From the NCBI GenBank assembly GCA_016926375.1, contig JAFGOR010000031.1, positions 4,131 through 68,130 on the forward strand: a stretch of 64,000 bases of DNA, read 5' to 3'. Shown piece by piece: positions 19,069-27,700 of the stretch (position 1 is its first letter; each line of letters starts with the position of its first letter). A model generated the notes under the pieces. It was given only the letters and a program-made list of their open reading frames with translations. It was not told where the DNA came from and made no database searches. A program made the position numbers and the translations under genes. Source of the DNA: Bacteroidales bacterium. Its GTDB lineage: Bacteria > Bacteroidota > Bacteroidia > Bacteroidales > UBA10428.

Positions 19069-21888
19069 TTATGCAAACCATTTGATCAGGATGTTCCTGA
19101 GCGATTCAATTTTAACAGGTTTTGTAATGTAATCATTCATCCCCGAAGCAATTGCCTTGGATTTGGTTTTTGAGCTGGCAGTTGCAGTCATGGCAATGAT
19201 GGGCATCTGGTAACCCAAACCTCTGATTTCAACAGTAGCCTGAATGCCATCACGTTCCGGCATTACCAAATCCATAAAGATCAAATCGAAATTTCTGGAT
19301 TTCACTTTTTCAACAGCTTCAATACCGTTTCTTGCCACATCGATTTTAAAACCAAGATTTGAAAAAAGGGTTTGCGCCACCCGGATATTTATTTCGTTGT
19401 CTTCTGCTACAAGAATTGCCAGATTGGGCTTTATTACGTGTAAAATTTCGTTAGAATTCTTTTCCACATTGGGGAATGCGTCATAAATACACTTCATCAA
19501 ATCAGATTGTTCTAAGGGCTCGGGGAAGTAACAATCAATACCGAAGCGCTTGGCCTGAATATAATTCTCTGATTTGTGATTCGAACTGATCATGAAAACA
19601 AGATAGAGATCCGATAACCCGTTTTCCTGCAGTTTTTTTGCAAGCAGAAAGCCATTCATTTCCGGGTCATCCAAAATGATGAGCATTTGATGCGGTGTTT
19701 TGTTTTCCCGGAGCTGAATTTCTAATTGATTGCTGATTTCAGGGTGGTATTCAAAAATTTCATATTGAAACTTCTGTATTTCGCAAAACCTGATAATGCG
19801 CGAATTACTTTGATGATGCCCTTTAATAATCAAAACATGAACCTGAGCAAAGGAATTGATCTTTTCCAGATGCAAAGGTTTCAGAATCTTTTCATTAGAA
19901 TATACCTCAATGGTAAAGCTAAACCTGGAACCGGGATAAGCCGGCTTTTTGGAAATAGTGGAAGGGCTTTGTACCCAGATTTCTCCATGCATTAGCGTAA
20001 CAAGTTGTTTTGAAATAGTAGTTCCCAAACCTGATCCGCCGTATTTTCTGGAAGTAGAATCTTCTGCCTGTGTGAATGAATTGAAAATGCTTTCAATTTT
20101 GTTTCGGGGAATGCCAACACCGGTATCCTCCACGTAAAATAGCAGAGTCAGGTTGTTGTTATATTCTTCCTCCAATTCAACACCAACTGAAATCTCACCC
20201 TCATGCGTGAATTTAACAGCATTGCTGATTAAATTGGAAAGTACCTGACGCAGCCTGAAAGGATCACCAATGATGTTCTCCGGAACATCCGGATTTATTT
20301 TCACCGACAGGGTCAGCTTCTTGTCCTCAATGATTGGCTTGAATAAATCCACGGATAATTTCACTTCTTCACGCAGTCTGAAGGGAATTTCTTCAAGCTG
20401 CATTTTGCCAGCTTCAATTTTTGAAAAGTCCAGAATATCATCAATAAGTGTTAACAATACGTCAGCTGAGCGTTTAACTATATGAACATATTCCTTTTGA
20501 TTGGGAGTAAGGTGCTCCTGATCCAAAGCTTCAGTCATTCCGATGATTCCATTCATAGGTGTCCGGATTTCATGACTCATCTTGGCAAGAAACTCTGATT
20601 TGGCGGTGTTGGAAGCAGCTTCGTACTTCCTTGCCTTTTCAATGGGTGTCACATCAACAAATGCACTCAGAAGAAATTCTTCATTATCGATGATGTAGGG
20701 GAGATCTTTTTTAAATACGGCAACCTCTTCTCCTTCATGCCTGTATATGACAAACTGGTTTGAATCAAAAGAATTGTCGTTTTCGGAATCATAATAATCT
20801 TTGGAGAGCATGAACCTGTCGGTCAGATTTTTACCCACCAGCGACTCATCCTGTGTCATTAAAAGCATCTCACGGGCAGTCTGGTTGATGATTTTTACCT
20901 GTTGTTCCTGGTTAATTACCATAATACCCACAGGTAAATTGTCAAAAATGGATTGCAGGTTAATCAGTTCAGTATTGGTTTTCTCTTTGAGCGAAAGACT
21001 TTTCCCCATTTTTCCCAGCAGAAACATCAAAAACAGCAACATGATCAGGGTACTTAAAATTCCTGATGCAATTACTTTATTCAGTATCAGATCGAAAATA
21101 AATGCTTTTCTCATAGAAAATACAACACCGAAACGGTCATTCATTATGTTGAGCGATGAGAATGCCGAAAAAACCTTTTCATCCTTATTGTTGTATCTGA
21201 TGTTGTGTTTAAAAAAACCGGACTGCTCTGACGCGACCTTGTTTTTAAAAAGCAGTGAATCCTTTACCAGGGCATTGGAAACGGAATTTGAATACAATGT
21301 TTTTCCATTGCTGTCAACAACCCATTGCCAGAAAGCTTCGTCATGAAAATACCGGGTATACAATTCCCGGAAAAACCCCGGAAGATCAATTGAAAATACC
21401 AGGTTCGCAGCCAGCTGGTTTTCCTTAAAAATTGGAAAGATATACTGATAGCCGTCATCAGTCTTATTGATCAGCACTTTATCCTGAAGTTCATTTTGCT
21501 TTTGGGTAACGTAAGGGTCAATCAGCAGCCTGTTCCGTTTGTTAAACGACATATTCAGCACGTTCTTGTTCACATCATAGATGTACAAATTCTTAATAAG
21601 CGTGCTGTTATTTGAAAACAGCATTTCAAGATTTCTGAGTCCTTCCTGGTTGCTGTCGTCGCTGGTTAGGTTAACATGTAACAATGCCTTGGAATAAAGC
21701 AGGGCATTCACTTCATTCTCAAATTTCAACAGGGTTGATTCAATCTCCTTGACACTTGACTCGGCCTGACCAGACAGCATACTGTGTTGGAAAGAAATCT
21801 GATTCCTGAAAATGGTGATGTTGAAATACAGGTTGAGCAGAATGACAATCAGTGTTATCAATATGAAGTAAAGCGTATATTTCTTCAT
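19069..21888 (-). CDS. hybrid sensor histidine kinase / response regulator
   Basis: 939 aa. An N-terminal TM segment, a ~270-aa extracytoplasmic region and a second TM segment. Then a PAS-like segment (LQSIFDNLPVGIMVINQ), H-box FLAKMSHEIRTPMNG, HATPase motifs (NLISNAVKFT, DTGVGI, GGSGLGTTISKQL), a receiver-like segment without the acidic pocket, and a canonical receiver (ILVAEDNEINIRV...LIFMDLVMPERDG...ITKP). Confidence 0.92.
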   Translation of the reverse strand: MKKYTLYFILITLIVILLNLYFNITIFRNQISFQHSMLSGQAESSVKEIESTLLKFENEVNALLYSKALLHVNLTSDDSNQEGLRNLEMLFSNNSTLIKNLYIYDVNKNVLNMSFNKRNRLLIDPYVTQKQNELQDKVLINKTDDGYQYIFPIFKENQLAANLVFSIDLPGFFRELYTRYFHDEAFWQWVVDSNGKTLYSNSVSNALVKDSLLFKNKVASEQSGFFKHNIRYNNKDEKVFSAFSSLNIMNDRFGVVFSMRKAFIFDLILNKVIASGILSTLIMLLFLMFLLGKMGKSLSLKEKTNTELINLQSIFDNLPVGIMVINQEQQVKIINQTAREMLLMTQDESLVGKNLTDRFMLSKDYYDSENDNSFDSNQFVIYRHEGEEVAVFKKDLPYIIDNEEFLLSAFVDVTPIEKARKYEAASNTAKSEFLAKMSHEIRTPMNGIIGMTEALDQEHLTPNQKEYVHIVKRSADVLLTLIDDILDFSKIEAGKMQLEEIPFRLREEVKLSVDLFKPIIEDKKLTLSVKINPDVPENIIGDPFRLRQVLSNLISNAVKFTHEGEISVGVELEEEYNNNLTLLFYVEDTGVGIPRNKIESIFNSFTQAEDSTSRKYGGSGLGTTISKQLVTLMHGEIWVQSPSTISKKPAYPGSRFSFTIEVYSNEKILKPLHLEKINSFAQVHVLIIKGHHQSNSRIIRFCEIQKFQYEIFEYHPEISNQLEIQLRENKTPHQMLIILDDPEMNGFLLAKKLQENGLSDLYLVFMISSNHKSENYIQAKRFGIDCYFPEPLEQSDLMKCIYDAFPNVEKNSNEILHVIKPNLAILVAEDNEINIRVAQTLFSNLGFKIDVARNGIEAVEKVKSRNFDLIFMDLVMPERDGIQATVEIRGLGYQMPIIAMTATASSKTKSKAIASGMNDYITKPVKIESLRNILIKWFA

Positions 21889-21975
21889 TGTTTACCCGTT
21901 GAAGTTAAGGCAATCAAAGTATAAAATATTCTTAAAGTTACAACAACAAAATGGATAATTCTTTAAACAACCCGT

Positions 21976-22944
21976 TCAGCCGGTCCGGTATTTTTCGTCT
22001 TTGTCATTGAAAATATTGAAATAGCTTCGGTAACGCGATTCATGAAGGATACCCTTCTGGTAGGCTTCAATCACAGCGCAGTTTGGCTCATGGATGTGAG
22101 TGCAGTTGTTAAACTGGCAATTTTTGGACAACTTGAAGATATCCGTAAAATACAAACCTATTTCATTCCTGTTTATGTCGGTAAGTCCGAATCCCTTAAT
22201 ACCCGGTGAATCAATAACAAAGGTTTGGTCTTTAATTTCGATCATTTCGGGATAGGTTGTGGTATGCTTGCCCGAAAGGTGATACCATGAAATATCATTG
22301 GTTTTCAAGTGAAGACCCGGGCACAACCTGTTGATCAGGCTGCTTTTGCCTACTCCCGAATTGCCCGAAATCAGGGTCAGTTTATTGGTGAGTATGTCAT
22401 CAACCCGGGTCATATTCAATCCGGTTTCAACCGAAATGTCAATTACCTTGTATCCGGCATATTCATATATGTCATGTACTTCCTGCAATCGGTACTGTAA
22501 GTGTTCCTGGTAAAGATCAATCTTGTTAATAAGCAAAACACATTCAATATGATAGGCTTCGGCAGAGAGCAGAAAGCGATCAACAAATTCGAGCGGAGTT
22601 TCCGGGTAATCCAGGGTGAACATAAGCACTGCCTGGTCAATATTGGCGGCTAGTATCTGCACTTCTTTGGACAGATTTATGGCCTTGCGGATGATGTAGT
22701 TCCTGCGGTCATGAATTTTAGTTATTGCACCATACAGGTTATCTGTAATTTCGAAATCCACCTGATCTCCAACGGCTATGGGATTTGTATTTTTCATACC
22801 ACGCGTCCGGAAAGTGCCTTTGAGCCGGCAATTAATCTGCTCTTTCCCGGATTTAACGGTATGCCAGCTTCCGGTTGTTTTTATTACGATACCTTTACCC
22901 ACAGAATCACTTAATTTTTCTTTTGTGATAGCGAAAATACTCAA
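21976..22944 (-). CDS. rsgA: ribosome small-subunit-dependent GTPase A
   Basis: 322 aa. Circularly permuted GTPase motifs NKIDL, GNSGVGKSSLIN and DSPG, with a C-terminal zinc knuckle CQFNNCTHIHEPNC. TTG start. Confidence 0.93.
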   Translation of the reverse strand: MSIFAITKEKLSDSVGKGIVIKTTGSWHTVKSGKEQINCRLKGTFRTRGMKNTNPIAVGDQVDFEITDNLYGAITKIHDRRNYIIRKAINLSKEVQILAANIDQAVLMFTLDYPETPLEFVDRFLLSAEAYHIECVLLINKIDLYQEHLQYRLQEVHDIYEYAGYKVIDISVETGLNMTRVDDILTNKLTLISGNSGVGKSSLINRLCPGLHLKTNDISWYHLSGKHTTTYPEMIEIKDQTFVIDSPGIKGFGLTDINRNEIGLYFTDIFKLSKNCQFNNCTHIHEPNCAVIEAYQKGILHESRYRSYFNIFNDKDEKYRTG

Positions 22945-23043
22945 GAGATTTGTAATTTTAAGAAATAATCGAAAGAAGTAAGAAATGAAACCATTGCCAG
23001 AACTAAAAATCAGGGTAAATCATTATTTAACTATTATTGTTTT

Positions 23044-23421
23044 ATGAAGACCATCAGGCAGCATTATTTTGTAAACGCAACACCGGAAGAAGTTTTTACC
23101 GCAATCACCAATCCCTTTACCATTGAACTTTGGAGCGGACATCCTGCCCGGATGGAAGCCCGGGAAGGCACGGAATTTTCCATTTTCGACGGGGATATTG
23201 CCGGAAAAAACATCAAAATCACAGAAAATAAACAAATTGTTCAGGAATGGTATTTCGGTGATCAGACCGATGAATCCATAGTTACCATTAATCTTGAGTC
23301 ACATAAACTGGGTACCAAGGTTCTTCTGGAGCACACGAATGTCCCTGATGATGAAGCTGAAGAATTCCAGAAAGGATGGAACGAATATTACTGGGGAGCC
23401 ATCCAGGATTATTTCAAGTAA
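23044..23421 (+). CDS. SRPBCC / AHSA1-like domain protein
   Basis: 125 aa. The pattern ATPEEVFTAITNP...WSG...F..GG...G.I......IVQEW is typical of Aha1-like SRPBCC proteins. Confidence 0.8.
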   Translation: MKTIRQHYFVNATPEEVFTAITNPFTIELWSGHPARMEAREGTEFSIFDGDIAGKNIKITENKQIVQEWYFGDQTDESIVTINLESHKLGTKVLLEHTNVPDDEAEEFQKGWNEYYWGAIQDYFK

Positions 23422-23468
23422 CAGGTTAGCTGAAACATATATGTGTCAATAAATAAACATAGTATACG

Positions 23469-24728
23469 TTGAAAACATTGTTGAGTCGTGAGGATGTCGA
23501 TCTGATGGCCCCTGTGGGATCATTTGAATCTCTTATGGCAGCTGTTCGCGCCGGAGCGGATTCTGTATATTTTGGCCTGGGCAGATTGAATATGAGGGCT
23601 CGTTCTTCGGTAAATTTCACTGCCGGCGACCTGGAAAAGATAATGCGCATTTGCCGTAATTTCAATAAGAGAGCTTATCTCACCATGAATGTTGTTTTTT
23701 ATAACGAAGAATTGGACGAAATGCGCAGGATGGTTGATCTGGCTAAAGAATCGGGAGTGAACGCGATTATTGCTTCAGATCAGGCAGTTATTGAGTATGC
23801 CAGCCAGTGTGGCATGGAAATACATCTTTCCACGCAGATCAACATCAGCAACGTGGAGTCGTTGCGTTTTTATTCCCGGTTTGCCGATGTTGCGGTGCTG
23901 GCAAGAGAACTCAATCTGAAACAGGTTGCCGAAATCTACAATACCATCGAAAAAGAGCAAATCAAAGGACCTTCCGGGAATCCGGTAAAGATTGAGATGT
24001 TTTCACATGGGGCCTTGTGTATGGCCATCTCAGGTAAATGTTATCTGAGCCTCCACCATCACAAGCACTCTGCCAACAGGGGAGAATGCCTTCAGGATTG
24101 CCGCAGGTCATATACAGTCAGGGAAAAGGAGAGTGGTTTTGAACTGGACATAGAGGATGAATACATCATGTCGCCCAAAGACCTTTGTACCATCCATTTT
24201 ATCAATAAAATGCTGGAAGCCGGTGTCAGGGTGCTGAAAATTGAGGGAAGGGCAAGGTCTCCCGAATATGTAAAGGTGGTTTGCGAGTGCTATGATCAGG
24301 CTATCCGAAGTGTGTATGACGGGGCCTATACCCAGGAAAAAATTGATGTTTGGAAACAACGGTTGTCATCTGTGTTTAACCGGGGGTTCTGGGATGGGTA
24401 TTACCTGGGACAGAAACTGGGGGAATGGAGCCATGTATATGGTTCAAAAGCCACACAGAGAAAGGAGTATGCTGCCAGGTGCATGAATTATTTTCCGCGC
24501 ATCGGAGTTGCTGATTTTCTCTGTGAATCCGGTTCATTACGGATTGGTGATAAGGTGTTGATTGTGGGTCCCACAACAGGTGTGGTGGAACATGAGATCA
24601 GGGAAATCAGGGTGGATTACAGGCAGGTGGATCAAACCAGGGCCGGGGAACGTTTTTCAATTCCCGTTCCCCGAAAGGTAAGACGCGCTGATAAAATGTA
24701 CAACCTGATTGATACGGGAAACCAATAA
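23469..24728 (+). CDS. peptidase U32 family protein (PrtC/TrhP-like)
   Basis: 419 aa. N-terminus LMAPVGSFESLMAAVRAGADSVYFG, an E-x-F-x-HGALC-type motif (IEMFSHGALCMAISGKC) and LKIEGR. TTG start. Confidence 0.88.
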   Translation: MKTLLSREDVDLMAPVGSFESLMAAVRAGADSVYFGLGRLNMRARSSVNFTAGDLEKIMRICRNFNKRAYLTMNVVFYNEELDEMRRMVDLAKESGVNAIIASDQAVIEYASQCGMEIHLSTQINISNVESLRFYSRFADVAVLARELNLKQVAEIYNTIEKEQIKGPSGNPVKIEMFSHGALCMAISGKCYLSLHHHKHSANRGECLQDCRRSYTVREKESGFELDIEDEYIMSPKDLCTIHFINKMLEAGVRVLKIEGRARSPEYVKVVCECYDQAIRSVYDGAYTQEKIDVWKQRLSSVFNRGFWDGYYLGQKLGEWSHVYGSKATQRKEYAARCMNYFPRIGVADFLCESGSLRIGDKVLIVGPTTGVVEHEIREIRVDYRQVDQTRAGERFSIPVPRKVRRADKMYNLIDTGNQ

Positions 24729-24781
24729 AGGCCATTTATACAGGAATTACTATTGCATCATATCACCCTAAAACTGCTGTT

Positions 24782-27700
24782 ATGAAAAACCAGTCCTTTC
24801 ATCTTTCATGTTTCCGGCTGCTGCTGTTTACAATGTTACTGCTAAACCTGTCTGCATGTAAAAAGCAAGGCAAGTCCCGTGATTCAATCAATCCCGGGTT
24901 TACAGAGAAAATAGCTGCCTTTACTTCCGGCGTCATTTCATCTGAGTCCACCATCAGGATTATACTGACAGAAGACTGTCCCGCTGCCGGTGAAGGAAAT
25001 GCGCCTGCAGATGCCGGATTATTTAAATTCAAACCTGCCATTAAAGGTCAGGCCTTTTGGGTCGACAAAAGAACATTGGAATACAGGCCTTCTGAACCGC
25101 TTAAATCAGGCGAAAACTATTCGGCCCGGTTTAAGCTGGGTGACATCATGAACGTAAAAAAGGAATTATCCGTTTTTGAATTTAGTTTTGCCATAGTACA
25201 ACAGGCATGGACTGTTACAGATGAAGGTTATCAAACACATAATGAAAATGACCTGGTTTGGAATCGAATCAAAGGTACAGTTAACACAGCCGATTATATA
25301 GATAATGAAAGTATTAAGAAATATTTTACAGCAAACCAGGAAAGCGAAAAGCTGAAATTTGTTTGGGAGGTCGGTGAAGACAGAAGAACATTTCATTTCC
25401 GGATAGACAGCGTGCAAAGAAAAGAAGAGGCTGGTAAAGTCATTATTGCCTGGGACGCTTCACCTGATTACAAAGAAATTCAGGGGAAATATGAAGTAGA
25501 AATACCTGCTCTGTCTGATTATAAAGTGCTTGATGTTCAGGTTGTGCAACAACCTGAACAATATATACAGATCATGCTCAGTGATCCGGTTAAAAAGAAC
25601 CAGAATTTTGAAGGCCTTATCTTCCTGGATCAGGAAACCTCACTTGATTTTTCGGTTGCCGGAAATATTATCAAGGCTTTCCCGTCATCACGGCAGAATG
25701 GTTCATGCAAAATTACCATCAGGGAAGGACTGGTAAATATTATGGGTTATAAGCTGAAATCCGATTGTACTTTCGATCTGACATTCGAGGTTCCAAAACC
25801 TGCTGTAAGGCTTATCGGAAAAGGTGTCATACTTCCCTCATCCAAAGGCCTGGTATTTCCGTTTGAAGCCGTTAACCTGAACGCGGTAGACGTTAAAATA
25901 ATTAAAATTTACGAAAACAACATTGGTCATTTTCTACAGGTTAACAGGCTCGATGGAAGCAATGAATTAAAACGTGCAGGGAAACTTATTCACAAACAAA
26001 AGGTTGAACTGGGCAATGTTCCTGCTGACCTGGGCAGATGGAACCGGTTCTATCTCGATTTGGCAAAACTCATTGAGCCGGATCCGGGAGCCATATACCG
26101 TATTGAAATCTCCTTTAAAAGACGTTATTCTCTTTATCCTTGTGAGGATCAGGATGCTGAAGAAGAGGCTGTTGAGGAGGAAAGTGAGGATGAACCGGAA
26201 GCTGAGGCTTCTTACTGGGACTCTTATGAAGAATATTACGATGAATATTACTACGACTATGATTGGGATTATAATTGGGAGGAACGCGACAATCCCTGTT
26301 CCAAATCATACTATACACAAAACCGTTGGGTGGCAAGGAATATTTTGGCATCTGATTTGGGAATCATTGCCAAAATGGGTTCTGACCAAACGGTGTTTTG
26401 TGCAATCACCAGCCTGGTTAGCAGTAAGCCCATCAAGGGTACTGAAGTTTCCGTGCTCAATTATCAGCAACAGCTGATATCATCGGGAACTACTGATGAT
26501 AATGGGTTTGTTACTTTATCATGCAAGGAAAAGCCTTTCCTGCTGATTGCCAGGTATGAAAAGCATAAAGGCTACCTGAGACTTGATGATGGTTCTTCAT
26601 TGTCACTTGGGGCATTTGATGTGTCCGGATCAGCAATACCCAAAGGATTAAAGGCATTCATATACGGTGAACGCGGTGTGTGGAGACCCGGTGACACCTT
26701 ATTCCTGTCGTGCATTTTGGAAGACAAACAGAAAGTGCTTCCACCCATGCACCCGGTATTGTTTGAATTGTACAATCCGAAAGGACAATTGTATGCAAAA
26801 ATTACAAAAACCTCCGGTGTAAATGGATTCTACACCTGGAGTGTTCCCACCTCTCCGGACGCCTTAACCGGAAACTGGAACCTGAAGGTAAAAGTAGGGG
26901 GTACACAGTTTAATAAAACTGTTAAAATTGAGACGGTTAAACCAAACCGGCTGAAAATCAATCTTACCTTTGATGCAAAAAAACTTGCCTCCAACAAACC
27001 TGATACAAGAGGCGAGATGCAGGTTAACTGGCTCCATGGTGCCATTGCAGCAAACCTGAAAACGCGTGTTGCCGTAACGCTCACGGAAGCACCGACATCT
27101 TTTGCCAAATACCCGGCCTTTCAGTTTACCGACCCGGCCAAAAGTTTCAACATGGAGGAAATAGAGCTGTATGAAGGCTATCTTGACGAGTCGGGAAAAA
27201 CCACAATTCCTGGCAGGTTCTCTGTTGAGCAGTCTGCTCCCGGCATGCTGAATGCCAATTTTACAACCCGCGTTTTTGAAAAAAGCGGTGATTTCAGCAT
27301 TGACAGAATATCCATCCCGTATTCGCCTTATTCAGCCTATGTAGGACTGAAAACTCCTGAAGGAGACAAACGCGGTATGTTACTCACCGATACCACACAT
27401 TGGGTTGATGTGGTGCTTTTGGATGAGAATGGCACTGCTTTGTCGCGCAGTAATCTGGAGGCATTTGTTTATAAGTTGCACTGGCGCAACTGGTGGGAGT
27501 CGGCTGGTGACGAAATTGCCGATTATATTGGAAATACATACAACCGACCCCTGGTATCAAAAAAATTGTCCACTATTAACGGAAAGGGGAAATTCAGTTT
27601 CAGAATCAACAGACCCGAATGGGGCAGGTTTTACGTGAGGGTGGTAGATCCGGTCAGCGGACATGCTGCCGGAAAAATTATCTATATCGACTGGCCGGGA

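Noticed and set aside
25974-26477. 167-aa alternative-frame ORF on the same strand inside the A2M gene. It covers the acidic-insert region.
   Set aside because: It is out of frame with the continuous 1860-aa A2M reading frame, and its Arg/Lys/Leu-rich translation is the frame-shifted image of the GAA/GAG-rich insert. No independent support.
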